This document shows positions 49,101-62,600 of a stretch of DNA of 64,000 nt, piece by piece. The stretch is from Eledone cirrhosa (lineage: Eukaryota): positions 252,712,001-252,776,000 of the forward strand of contig OZ024742.1 of NCBI GenBank assembly GCA_964016885.1, given 5' to 3'. The notes under the pieces are model-generated. The model had not been told where the DNA came from, made no database searches, and was given only the letters and a program-made list of their open reading frames with translations. Position 1 is the stretch's first letter; each line of letters opens with the position of its first letter. A program made the translations under genes and the position numbers.

Positions 49101-51723
49101 TTGAGCAGGTGACCCTGCTTCCAAGATGACCCCAGGCCACGTATATTTATACTGTCTATTCTAAGTACGGCCATGTTGGATGAGGAACGGGGTAAGTGAG
49201 AAAGGATCATTTACTTGATCGTGTGGGGAAGGGACAGTAGAACCGTCCCTTTGGCTGGTCATGGGTGTCTCCAAGATGATATCTGTATAGATTCTCTTGG
49301 AGAGTGACCTCTTGAAATTTTTGTTTTAATTGTTTGTAATCTTCGAGTTCAATTTCCACAATGTTAATGTTTTTTGGTAATGTTGTTGGTGTTGGTGGGG
49401 TGTGGTAATTTACGTTTGAAATATCGGTGTGCTGTTTTATATGTTCCATTAGTCCTTGGTGTGCAATGTCTATGGCTGTGCACTTTGGGTGTAGGAGGGG
49501 GGGGAGCAACTTTATCGGTCCGTCCATCCAGTACCCAACGACGCTGTTGGACAGCATGGACTTGCCTCTCTAGGTGCCAAGTTGCAAGCCCACCGACTTT
49601 TCCGGGTAAAGTTTTGCTATTGTCAACCTTTCATATTCTTCCAATAAATTGCCGACCACCTCAATTTCTGAGGTGTCCAACACCATCACAGTGATGTCGT
49701 CTGCATAGGCCGACACAGCCTTTCCGCGTCCCGGTTTGAGCGGGATGCCCTGCAACAGCTCCAGCTTCCGCAGTAAAGGCTTGATAGTCAATATGTACAG
49801 AAGGGAAGAGAGAGGGCACCCTTGATGGACCGATCAGGAGATCTGAAACGGTTCCGAGAGGTGGCCATTAACTTTGACCACCGAGCAGATGCCGCTGTGC
49901 ATTGCAGCGATCCAGCTTCTGAAGACAGGGCCGAAGCCAGCCGCCTTGAGGACAGCCTCCAGGTACCGATGGCTGACCCTATCGAATGCTTTCGATTGAT
50001 CTAAATTGATCAGAGCCCCACCGAAGCCAGGTTTACACCCTACCCTCTCTATGATTGTCGTGTATGGACCTGGTTAGGATTGCGCAAGTTTGCGCCTCCC
50101 CAACCAAATTATCGATGACAAGCGCCAACCGCTTCGCTCACACCTTGGCCAAAATCTTAAACTCTGTGTTGAGCAGAGCTAAGGGCCTGGAATTGTCTAA
50201 TGTGTCCCTCTTGTTCTCGTCTTTCCTTATCAGCGTCACTACGCCCCGGCTCACAGAACTGGGAATACTCCCATTCTGCTGCCAGTTGCAGTAGAGGGCT
50301 TCGAGGAGATTGGAGAACAAGTCTGGCTTATTTACGCAAGGCTCATAGGGCAGACCATCCAACTAAAACAGTGCGGATTTTGACTTCAGCCATCACGTTT
50401 TGGAGGCAGATCTGCTCCGGTATTTTCTTTATTTCTTCAGGTTTGATCTGGAGATACTTCTCCAGATCAACCCTGGACCAGTTCTCTCTTCCTGTCCTGG
50501 TTACCTCTATTGGGACGGCATCTGACCCCTCCACAATCACGCATCCCAAGAGCCACCACATATCTAGTCCAGGTGGAATCCTGGGAATGCGGACTCTAAT
50601 TGTTCTTTTTCCCATGTGGGAGGGGTACATAATAACCTTGCTGGTTTTGCAAGGTGTCGTTGAGTGCTTCAAAGTGAGGGCCTCCGACTTAAACAGCACC
50701 GAGATGGTGCCGTATTGTTGACCCCTCGCTACATACTCTGTATCTCCTAAAATGCACCTCAGCGCAGCCTCGACGTCTGCTTGGGGAGAGTTTGTGGCTC
50801 TTTTCATCTCAGCTGAGATGCATCTGAAGACCAGAGTTCTCTTCTCCACCGCTTCTATGGCCTCTGCCGCGACAGTTAAGTTGGCCCAGGTTTGCTCCTG
50901 TTTGATGAGCTTCCATGCCTGGTCCAACTTTGTTTCCTTGTCTGTCAAGTCCATGTTGAAGCATGGCCCTTTCTTGGCTACTGCCGCAGCGAAAGTGTTC
51001 TTATTGCCGTTGGTGTCGTTGTTCTTGTTAGTATTGTTGCTGTTATCACTGTTACAGTTAGTTATATCTTTGGTGCTGCCGTTGTTGTTGTTCTCGGTGT
51101 AGTTGGTATTGGTGCTGTCGCTGTTTATGTTCTGGTTAGTGGTGTTAATTTCGTTGTTGTTTTCGTTGATATTGTTGTGGTTGTCACTGTTGTTGATATT
51201 GTTGTCTTTCTTTCTGTTGTTGGTGTTGTCATTATTGCAGTTGTCGTTGATTTTCCTGTCGTTGTTGCTGGTGTTGTCGTTTTTGTTCACGACTGGTTTT
51301 TTTTTTTTTACTGATTTTTGGTAATGTTGTTGTTGCTGCTGTTGTCATTTTTGTTCTCACTGTTGTTGGTGCTGGTGTTGGCCATATTGCCTGATGTGTT
51401 GTCACATTTTAAAATTGTTGTGGGAGGGGCAGCATTATTTGCCTCAAAGTTTGACTCACTGTCGCAAGACAGCAAACTCAAACTTAGGGGGCGTGGCTCC
51501 ACCATGTTTTTTTTATTTTTTTATAAAAACTTTTTTTTAAACACACAAAATTTAAATATTTGGGCCAAAAGACCCAAATATTATGGGGAGTCCTTTCTTT
51601 GGGGGCAAATACTAAAGTCTTATTTCTCGTTTGAAACAAAAATATTAATGACAAACGTATTTCAAATCGTAGAAAAAGCAAACTTATGAGCTCACGATAG
51701 TACGTCCATTCGCTTCAACGACC

Positions 51724-51725
<2 letters not shown>
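46138..51725 (-). mobile_element. Tx1/L1-clade LINE, near full length and decayed, flanked by (AAT)n
   Basis: Asn-rich ORF1 (51505-49207); ORF2 APE (NIRGL, AVYAP, SYLDR, FWKLN) and RT (FRPITLLN, DQSKAFD, RQGCP, YADD); AATAAA + (ATT)n tail. Confidence 0.92.
49505..50365 (-). mobile_element. Tx1 RT fragment embedded in ORF1 of the host Tx1
   Basis: DGLPYE..RPLALLN..QGCP..YADD..GPIKLL, paralogous to 46965-47835. Confidence 0.85.
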
Positions 51726-51759
<34 letters not shown>

Positions 51760-51762
<3 letters not shown>

Positions 51763-52345
51763 TTCTTTATTGGCCACACAGGGCTCATATTAAGGAAACA
51801 TTAAAGATGGTACAGGATGATACAGTGTATTTTTTTTGTGTGAAATAAAATTTATAACAGAGACTAAGAAAATAAACATTAAAAAAAACAAACATAAATT
51901 CTCCAAAGGTGAAGAGACACCAAGGGTCACTCATGGAGAAATCCCACAAAAAGCCATAGTCCCCTGTCCGCTAAGGCAAAGTGCTCTCTCCCAGTTTTTC
52001 TCCTCCAATCTACAGATGTATGCTCAAGGCAGGCCCATTCACACAGACCACACTCACCACTCTCACCCACCTTTCAACAAACTAGTAAAAAGGCAGCACT
52101 TCAATCTCTACCATCATTTTCCTCTTCAAGTGAAACCTGAAAAAGTTAATCAGGGCTTTGTTGAAGAGGAAATTGGCTGTTTTCAACCCTTTCAAACGTG
52201 TCTACCACTTGACCTCTTTTGCCATGGCCACCAGGCAGATAAAAACTGCCTGTCCTTCTCTAAAGGCAGACAGTGGGGTGATCTTCACAATGGACTCAGT
52301 TGTTAGTCGGATCCATCCTACATTGTGACAGCAGGTGTTCGACAA
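51760..52345 (-). mobile_element. Tx1-clade 3' end
   Basis: Homologous to 46190-46600; AATAAAGAAAT + (ATT)n tail. Confidence 0.8.
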
Positions 52346-53860
52346 AAAAGTAAACCAATGTCATCTAAAAGAAATAATTAACAAAGTAGACAGTATACTT
52401 GACAAGGTGCCAACTAGAACTATCACAGAAACCAACAATCTAATCAGTGCTGAAAGTACCTAACTGCTAAAGAGTTAGGTCTGTAACAGACTACACAAAA
52501 GTAGGTCAAGGAACTATGGTGGAGAAGGAGAATTTGAAGGGGGCATCAAAAGGCTTAGGAAAAATGTTAATATTCTGGAAAGAAAAAAACGAGGCGAATT
52601 AAGAAAAAAAGGAAAGATTGAACAACTTACAGGGAAGTACAATATCTGGAAAAAGAAGATTACTATGGTAATTGAGGAGCTGAAACAAAAGGTACTTGCC
52701 AAAGCCTCAAAGATTAAGAGGTATGAATAACATATCACATAGTATAAACAGAATATACGTTTCCAACAAAATTAGAAGAGATTCTATCAAGGTAAATGGT
52801 TAGGAATGATGATGTAATCCTTGATGCAGATGAAAGTAGGAAGTTTTGGAGTGATATCATCCTTATGTGGAAACTTATGACAGGTGCCATTACTGAGGCA
52901 ATGTATGAGTACCTCGAGGAGTCACTACCTAAAGAGCAGAAGGGATGTAAGAGAAGAAGAAGGGGGACTAAGGATCAATTGTTGATTGATCAGGTGATCT
53001 TTAAAGATTGTAAAAAGACACACACAAATCTTGTCATGGCCTGGATCGATTACCACAAGGCTTATGACACATAGTTGGATAGTAGAATGTTTAGAAGTGT
53101 TTGGTATTGCAACTAATGTTAGACAGTTTCTGGTGAGCAGTATGGATGGTTGGAAGACTTAGCTGACATCATGTAGACAGACATTGGGTGTTGTGATGAT
53201 CAAAAGAGGAATATTTCAGGGAGACAGTCAAATGCTGGTTACGAGTGGGTAGGATGAGTTTAACATAAACCACCTGTTTAACATAAACCACCTGTTTAAC
53301 CATGAGTTTAACATAAACCACCTGTTCATAGATGACCTAAAGCTTTATAGGACATCCTATGAACATATTGATTCCCTTTGTACAGATAGTTCATACATTC
53401 AGTACTGACATAGTAATTGAATTTGGCATAAAAAATGTGTGGGGTGCTACTACTGAAGTGAGGTAGAATTGGTAAGATGGAAGGAATTGTATTACCTGAT
53501 GGACGAGTTATGAAGCAAATTGATGACAACAGGTATAAATACTTAGGTATCCTGGAAACAAACCAAATGAAAGAGAAGGAAATGAAAGAACTATTATCAA
53601 AGGAATATAAACGGAGACTGAAGTTGGTGTTAAAGACGAAGGTAAGTGGTCGGAATAAGATACTGGCTATCAAAACATGGGCTGTTGCAGTGGTAAGGTA
53701 TAGCACACCTCCTCTCTATAGATAGAGAGGAGGTGTGATGAAATTAAGGAGGGTAATAGAAAGACCAGGAAAATGATGATGCTCCAAGGGGCTCTACAAC
53801 CCAAAGTGATGTGAACAGGTTGTATCTATCTCAACAGAGAGGAGGAACAGATCTTATTAG
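52345..53860 (+). mobile_element. R4/Dong-type non-LTR element, decayed RT with deletions
   Basis: [40 protein letters not shown]. Confidence 0.85.
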
Positions 53861-53961
53861 AACATAAAGTAGTAATTAGGAAGTAGGAAAAATCCTTTAA
53901 ACTCAAACCCAATTGAATCTTTATTCTAAGCTGTTTTCTATATACACATTCACACATACAT

Positions 53962-54001
<40 letters not shown>

Positions 54002-55058
54002 TGGAGGATTAGCGTAAGTTTCCATCTGAAACCTTCTTCGAAGACAACCCTTCTAACTAACCACCCCACACCCCTACCTATCTCTAAAACCTTCTTCAAC
54101 CTCACCCCATTACATTTACATCCAAAATACTGATCACCATAGCCCTCTTCTTCTTCTTCTTCTTCTTCTTCTTCTTCCTCCTCCCCCACTCCTCCTTCCT
54201 TCTCACCATCACCCTCCTCCTCATCACCTCTTTCTCCCTTCTCCCTACACCCCCCTCACCTCTTCCCCCTTCTTCTTCTTCTTCTTCTTCTTCTTCTTCT
54301 TCTTCTTCACATTATAACTAATTTTATCTGCACATTATCTTTTGATGTACAAATAGCTTCTATTTCTTAAATTCCCCTTTGCATGTGTCTTGCAGCATTC
54401 TGTTCTTCTTGTAACTTTCTCATTTCATTATAACCAGCCGTAAAACATCCCCTTGAAACATCTAATGATGACAGTTGAGATCATTAATTTGCATTCTTTG
54501 TTTCTTTCTAAACAATTCCAGGTTGTCTGCAGATGTTTGAAATGTTCCCAGAGGTTATTTTTTATTTTTATTTGCAACTAAATGTTATTTGGTCTGTATT
54601 TAATGTGCATGTTTGTCCATCTTGGCAGTTAAGGGATATTCCATCATGTAATGGTCTCTTTTCTTCTTTCAGAATATTTCTGTTTAATATTCTCTCTGTT
54701 TTCTCTAAGAATCGCTTGGTTTCACTGATGCCGCAGAAAGTCATCAATGCGTTATCATAGATTAGTGGTTTTAAGAAACTCTCTTGTTTCCAAATTGATC
54801 TTCCTACATAATGCTATTTCTACATAATAAACTAACGATATTTCATTATTTCATAACCTGCATAACATTCAACATAACCTCCTCACATGTCTATATCTTG
54901 TAAACTGTACACGTCCAACAACACTTCCAGGCCACTTACTTTTTCTATCTCTTCAATGGTGGTGTCTCTCATTCGATCTTATGTGTTGTTATTCATACTA
55001 TTTTTTTTTATTAATACATGTCTGCTACTGCATATTAATTATCTAAAATTTCTCAGTC

Positions 55059-55322
55059 TTAACTCTTTGATACCAAACTGCCTGAAACCACTCCTGTTTC
55101 TATGGTACAAAGCTCTTTATTTCGAAGTGTATCTAAAAGATACTTCCCCCATAATCTTATGTAAGAACCTTTATGTTTTGTTCCCAATACAAACTTAATA
55201 ATGACGAGGTTTGTCCCATTACTAAATTCCTCCAAATTCTTGATTATTTTCATAATTATTTGAAAACCATTGACAGTGTATTTCTTTAGAAATATTGTAA
55301 GGAAAGCATTAAAAGTAATCAA
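55059..55322. mobile_element. Degenerate TTAA-type MITE
   Basis: Starts TTAACTCTTTGATACC; similar starts at ~25415 and ~25584. Confidence 0.4.
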
Positions 55323-55799
55323 GTCCTGAACTTTACAACCTTCCTCTCATAATTTTTTTCAGCTAATTCAATTTATTACAATTTTTTTAGTATAAAGTAT
55401 CACTACATGCCTTCCCATGAAATTTCATCTAGGAGTGACTGTGTGTATCTGGTTTAGAATAGGTACACTTTATCCTCGCATGTTTTTAGAGGCGATTAAA
55501 AGAGTCTTGACACCAAGAACGTCGTCTAACTGCAAAATCTTGCCTCCAAAATAACCCCATGATGTGTATGAAGTTTGTGTTCGGGCCTTGCATGGTTAAC
55601 TCTTGCTTTTTGTTGTTGTTGTTGCTGTATACTGCTGCATATTAACTATCAAAAACATTTTATTCTTAAAAATATTCAAGTATTGGACTCTCTGGCTTTG
55701 CTCTTATAAATTCGTTTTTCAATTAATCTAATCCACTAGAATTTGTTTTTTGTTTTGTTTTAACTTTAATTGTATTATTATCATTATTATTATTTGAAA

Positions 55800-58700
55800 C
55801 TTCCTTTGAGTTTTGCTTCTTTCCCAATCATGCCTAGTGTCAACTTGACACCTGAGGCAAAATTTGATAAAACACACATTTTACAATCAATTGTCACACA
55901 AATGGCACCACAAAGGCACAAACAACAGTAAATATCCTTACAAAGTTTTTAAATTGATAATTCTCTTCTCAAGACATGGACAGTGCCAGTCAGCAATATT
56001 TTCTGTATCTCTTGTAGAGATGGCTTTCCAGGTATCCAATCCAAATATTTTTCAGTACACTTTTTTATCATTTCAAGTGCACCGACTTTCATTGGTATTG
56101 TACAGGCCTTAAGATGCCATATTTTCGTTTTCTCAATTTCAATTGATATACCTACATACTTACAGAGCTTTCCAATTTTTTGCACCTCGTGCAGAGAGGG
56201 TAAACCAGGAATCATTTGCAAATATTGTTCTGTTCCTTTCTTGATCATTCCCAGTCCTCCCACAATCACTGGTATTGTAACGGCCTTGAGGTGACACATT
56301 TTCTCAATTTCAATAAGCAGATCTTTATATTTTCGTAGCTTGTCAAATTCTTTTGCCGCGATATTGTGATCACATGGGATGCTCATATCTATCAACAAAC
56401 AGAGCTTGTTATGTTGATCTTTTACAATGATGTCAGGTATATTTGCTTTTATGGCCCTGTCAGTATGTACAGGAAAGTCCCAGAGAATTGTTACTTTTTC
56501 TCCTTCAGTTACAACCTCAGGGAGATGATTGTACCACAGTTTTGATTTTGTAATGCTGACATATTACCCAGTGTAGATATTGGTCAACTCTGCCATGTCT
56601 ATGTTTGTATTCTACTGGTGCTAAAACTTTACATCCATAGACTAAGTGATCCACTGTTTCAACCTCAGCATTACAGAATTAGCACTTTGAGTTTATTCCG
56701 TTTCTCATCACATTGGCCTGGTAATTACGGGTCAATAAGCTTTGATTTTGGGCTGCTAAGATGAAGCCTTCACTCTCCACCTTTAGCCCTGAACTACGTA
56801 GCCACTGATGGGTGTGCTTTTGGTCAACATCAACTTGTTTGCTATGGGCCACATATTTGCCATGCAGAGGTTTCTGCTCCCAATTTGATGCTAATTGTCC
56901 TTGCCCTTTTGCTTTTGCCAGTGATTTTATGTGCTTAGCAGCATCAGTTGCAACATTTTCTTTAGTCTGTCCAGCCTGGTATCAAGCATGAGATCAGTAG
57001 CATATTTTTTGCTCTCCTTCAAGATAGAATGAAGCTTCTTACTTCTCTCATGCTTTTCAACAAATTTCAGCATACAGTCGTTAGTTGTTTCAAGGTATTT
57101 GGCCAGTCCAATGATGGTCGTCTTGTAAGCAAGTTCAAATTGGATCAGGCCACGGCCTCCTTGAGTTCTTGGAAGGTAAAGATGATCCACATCTGCTTTT
57201 GGGTGGTGCATCCTATTACAGGTCAGTAGCTTATGGACTTTGGTGTTGATTATTTTGATTTCACTCATATTCCAGTTCAACACACCAAAGCTATAAGTGA
57301 CAACTGGGACTGCCAAGGAATTTATGGCTAGCACCTTGTTACGAGCATTTAGTTCTGATCTCAGAACTAGACGTACTCTCCTGTAACATTCTTTCCTTAT
57401 CCTCTCTTTCATACTTGCATGCTGTATGCCAGAGCCCTCATTAATCCCTAAGTATTTATAGGTTTGTTCCTGCTCAAGTTCCTTTATGATTGTTTCAGCA
57501 TCCAATTCAACTGAGTCTGAGTTGACAAGCTTCCCCTTTTTGAAAGTGGCCTTTGCACACTTGTCAAGTCCAAACTCCATCCTGATGTCATCGGTAAACG
57601 TTTTTACTGTCTGCAAAAGGCCTTCCAGTTCGTCATTATCTTTGCAATATAGCTTCAAATCATCCACATAAAATAGGTGGCTTATTTTTTTGTTGTCAAT
57701 TCTATAACCGTACCCTGTTCTATTAAGTTCGGATGTAAGGAGTATTAAAGCTATGCAGAAAAGCAAGGGTGAAAGTGAGTCACTCTGGAATATACCACAG
57801 TTGATGTTTACAGTACCCCAGTGGAATGAGACAATTGGAGATTTGTGTTCCATAATGACATATTGTGTTTCAGGAAGTTTAAGATCACAGGTGAGATTTT
57901 GAAGATGTCCAGTGATCTCAGAATCCATGAGTGTGGTATGCTGTCAAAGGCTTTTTTATAATCGATCCATGCAGAACTGAGATTTCTGTGTTTATTATGA
58001 CAGTTCTGAAGGATCATACGATTAATCAAAAGTTGATCTTTGCAACCATATGAACCTCATCAGCACCCTTTTTGTTCAATGGGGAAAAGATTGTTCTCCT
58101 CCAAAAACATGTATGCTTTTTCCATGAGAATAGAGGTTAATAGTTTATAAGTGGTGGACAAGCAGGTCATGGGCCGATAGTATTTTTGGATCTTTGGTTT
58201 AGTTGTTCTTTGGTAGAAGGTAGGTAATGCCACTTGCTATCCAATCAGGTGTATTTTTTGGATCTTTCATAATTCCATTAAACAGCTTGACCAATTTATT
58301 GTGAGTGCACTGGAGTGAGGAAAGCCAGAAATTTGGCATCCTGTCTCTACCAGGAGATTTCCATTTATGAGATTTATTGAGTGCTGTCCTTAAGACCACT
58401 ATAGATGTCTTCCCACGCCTGTTCTTATAAATTTGTGTAGGATTTATCCAGCGACTAATCCAATCTACATTAGCATTATATGTCTTCTCATCACTACAAA
58501 TCTTACTCCAGAAGTTTTCAACTTCTATTTTTTCTTCCTTACTTCTCTATAAAATGACTTGGCATTGGATGAGAACAACTTATTTTGCCTGTAGAAGTTG
58601 TTTCACTTCTCGAATCTATGAATTCGTTGGGCTTTTACTTGGACTTTTTGTTTCAGAGATTCTTTTGTTGAAACTATTGCTTCTCTAGAAGACAGTCCAT

Positions 58701-59760
58701 ATTTTCTCTTTAGCTTTCTTACCTTCTTGGATCTTATATTATTTCCAGCGGTTAACTAACTCAATAAAGATATTTCTCTTCTCATTACGTCAATCTCCTT
58801 TTCGATTCTACTCTTCCAAATTGGTTTACCTCGAAGGTTTGACTTTTTTTGTTGTTTTGGTGGTAAACAATTTCTTTCAATTACTCTAGCAGATACATAC
58901 ATGATTTCATTTAACTCAGTAAGATCAGGTTCTAGTTCTTCTATGATTTCTTTTGTCACAGAATTACCAATCATTATTTGTTTTCTATTTTGGATTGTAT
59001 TTGGGAGTTTTTGAAGTGGTTCTCTATCATTTATACTAGAATGTCTTACTACTGCAAGCTCAGTCAGTATTTTTTGCTTTAATTCTTCATAGTCTCCATG
59101 TGTTCTTCAGCAGGTGTTTAGTTTTCAATTACTGTTTCTAAGTCCCTCTCCTGGCTATTTTCAGCGGGTTCAATAGGGCTTCTCATTTCTACAAACCTAT
59201 TTGTGATTTGGTCAGATGGAGGTCTTTCAGTAAAGACTTGTGACTATCTCCAGGAGATTCTTCATCATTTATATTTATGTCATTCTCCACAGCCTGCTTG
59301 ATCACAGTTAGTTCAGTGTCTGTGAGTCTATTATTTCTGAAGATATACCACCTTACATTTGCCAACTTATTTCCATCCATATCATGTCTGCTAGCTTGAT
59401 TCCGAGTTTTCCAGATTTTGTAGGAGTTTAAAGTGTGTCTGTCTTGTGAAGGCTTACCTAATGCATAGTAATATGCATATATTACTTCTTTATACTCTTC
59501 TCGGGTCCATTTCATCCTTTTAGCTTTTTCTTTTTGAGGTGGTTTGGGTGGTGGATCTGGAGGGCTCGAGTTGGGGCAATCCCCGATCAAGTGACCATCC
59601 AGGTCCATAATTGGAGAAGAGTTTGTGCCAGAGGAGGACTTTTCGATCTCAGGTTGGCACCTTCCCGAGGGATGCACTTCCTGATTAACCATAGGAAAAG
59701 CGATTTGGTATTGTGTATTAATTTTTATTTGTTCATCTCGCAGTACATGCTTGCTTTACG
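55800..59760 (-). mobile_element. R4/Dong-type RLE non-LTR retrotransposon, near full length and decayed
   Basis: KWTREE N-terminus, WKSPG.D, YRP.TCL, WIDYKKAFDS, GIFQ.DSLSP, YVDD, CCHC remnant, PD..IDMS..DK..KY.DL endonuclease. Confidence 0.92.
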
Positions 59761-60092
59761 CATGGTATTGGACGTACATGGAAAGTTGCCTGGCTCTTTG
59801 GGTAGTGCATTTGCTGGCTGGCACTGAGATCATTATTACTATTATAACAGTATAGTTATGGTCATTGCTGTTGTTGATTGAGGTGATATTGTTATAGTTA
59901 CAGCTGTAAGAGGTGCACGAGAATTTTCTCAACTGTTCTTGTGGTGTGAGTGGTGTTGGTGCTGGTGGCAGGGAGATTAATGCTGGGGGTGGGGGTGCTG
60001 GGAGTTGTAGTGGGTAGGGTGACATTGTAGCTTATAGGAGTTGCTTCTCCGATGTTATTTTCTGTCTATTTTGAGTTTGAGTTTATTTCAAG

Positions 60093-60541
60093 TTTCACTT
60101 GAAGAGGAAAATCAGGGTGGAGAGGCAAGTGCTGCTTTCTAGCAAGTTTGTTGAAAGGTGGGTGAATGTAGTGAGAATGGTCTGAGTGAACGGGACCGCT
60201 CTGAATATACGCCTGTATTTTGAGAAATGGAAAAATTGAGAGAGGGCGCTTGCCCTGGTGGTCAGGGTGGCCGTGGTCTTTTGTGTGGTTTTCGCCACGA
60301 GTAACCCTCGGAGGTTTCTCCCCTATTGGGGAATTTTAATAGTTTCAATTTTCATTTTTATTGTTTATATATATATATATGTTTCTATGTCTTTTTCTTA
60401 TTCTTTTCTTATATAAATAATAAAAATCTTTACACGCACAAAACCCACATCGTACCGTCTTATACCGTCCTGTCGTCTGTAATGTTTTTATTGATGTCAG
60501 CCCTTGTGGCCAATAAAGAAATCATTATTATTATTATTATT
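60093..60541 (+). mobile_element. Tx1-clade 3' end with (ATT)n tail
   Basis: HLKRKIRVERQVL..FVERWVNV; homologous to 46190-46570. Confidence 0.85.
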
Positions 60542-60542
60542 A

Positions 60543-60727
60543 GGGCGGTGGATTGGCAGTATCGGTAGAGGGTCGGACGCCATGCTTTACAGCATAGTTA
60601 CGTCCCTTTACGATCTGAGTTCAAATCCCGCCGAGGTTGACTTTGCCTTTCATCCTTACGAGGTCGATAAAATAAAGTACCAGTAATGCACTGGATAATT
60701 GCTGGCCTTGTGCCTAAAGTAGAAACA

Positions 60728-60774
<47 letters not shown>

Positions 60775-60975
60775 GTAAGGGAGGTGAATTGGCAGTATCG
60801 GTAGAGGGTTGGACGCCATGCTTTCTAGCATAGTTACGTCCCTTTACAGTCTGATTTCAAATCCCGTCGGGGTTAACTTTGCCTTTCATCCTTACGGGGT
60901 CGATAAAATAAAGTACCAGTAATGTACTGTGTAATTGCTGGCCTTGTGCCTAAAGTAGAAACAATTATTATTATT
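60543..60975 (+). mobile_element. Two head-to-tail SINE family A copies separated by (ATT)n
   Basis: 60543-60730 and 60777-60968. Confidence 0.9.
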
Positions 60976-62222
60976 ATGTAACTTTCCATCGAATTTTATC
61001 CAAGAATTATAACTATGTTCTAGACATTACCTTTCTTCCTACAAAAAAGATTTTAGCATGCATTTTTCTGATTCTCCTTCAGAGAAGAAAAATATCCATC
61101 CTGTAAGTTACAACAACATCCAGGTATTTTTAATCTAGTTACTTTCAAGGAAATACCATTTTTTAATATTTTGTTTATATATCCAACACATCTTTTACTG
61201 ATCTTGATTTCTTTTCTGCGATTTTCTTCCTCTTCACAATATTATCAGTTAATAACCCTTTAGCAATGTGGAACAATCTTCTTAAATATGTTTCTTCATG
61301 CTCTCAGGAAATATGTATTTTTTTAAAATTCTGAATGTTCGTTTGAATCTTGGCTGTTTCTTTCAGGTGGTGTGCAAATGACTAAGCCAAAAATGTTTTG
61401 AAAAACCATATTTCAGGTCAGATTATATTTTTTCTAATCATGTACTTACACACATATGCAAAAACAAACACACACATATATATACACACATTCACATATA
61501 TATATTATATCATCATCATCATCATTATCATTATCATCATCATTTAATGTATATTTTCCATGCTTGCGTGGGTTAGATGGGCTGTCATGTTATGAGGCTA
61601 GACAGCTCAAGTAATCATATCTTACTCATATGATAAATTTTTTAATTGGTTGTCTACTATGATAAGGTACTTTTCCTAATGGCAACCACCTTACAGTGTG
61701 TACTGGGTACTTTTTTCATGGCATCCACACGACCACCTTACAGGTTGGACTGGGTACTTTTTGTTTTGGCACCTGCACTAATTACAACATTAGGATGATT
61801 GGTTTGTCAGACTGGGTAGGCATTGATCAGAGTATGTGTGTGTATGTAAATAGGGAGTGGGGTGCAGGTTATATGCTGTTTGCCAATGGGGGAGACATCC
61901 CACCATGGGAGAAGGAAGTGCTGGCCTATGAAGGTGATCCTGAGGCAGGTAGGCAGTGTCTGATATATTGTGGAATGTAGCTGGCATTTTGTGTTGGCCA
62001 AGATGAATCAGTAATATATGCAGCTATGGAAACCATAAGCAGGAACCCTAATGGAATTGAAAATCTACAGTTGACTACAAACAAAATTAAATGTAGAATC
62101 CAACAAGACAAATATACTTTTCATAAATTGCAAATATGAATGGTCAGTAGATTGGCTGCATATGTATTATTCTTAGATTAACAAAATATGCAGTAAAGTT
62201 AGAAAACAGTTAAGTATCGTAC

Positions 62223-62600
62223 TATAGGGTGGCCACTGAAAGACTGAATGATATAAAACAAAAATAACTTTTACAAACACATGGTTCTTTATTTTTTAAT
62301 TATTTTATTTGGAAATATAAGTAATTGTTTCTACTTTTGGCACAAGGCCAGCAATTATCTCAGTGCATTACTGATAAGTATGAAAGGCAAAGTTAATCTC
62401 GGCGGGATTTGAATTCTGACCACAAAGGGCCATAACTCTATGCTGCAAAGCATGGCATCCGACCCCTCTACCGATACTGCCATCCACCGTGCTCTTTTTC
62501 AGCATTATGTGTGATAAACAACAAGGGATGCTCTATAACCTGCAAAAAAATAAAATAAAAAAGATTGAAAATGAACAAGTTTTTCAGTGGCCACCCTGTA
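62223..62600. mobile_element. Tc1/mariner-type MITE with an inserted SINE A (62322-62490, minus)
   Basis: TA-TAGGGTGGCCACTGAAA ... TTTCAGTGGCCACCCTG-TA terminal inverted repeats. Confidence 0.8.

Noticed and set aside
54330-55030. Weak PLE linker/GIY-YIG-like residues on the minus strand (also ~61000-61420)
   Set aside because: Too decayed to support without a profile search.
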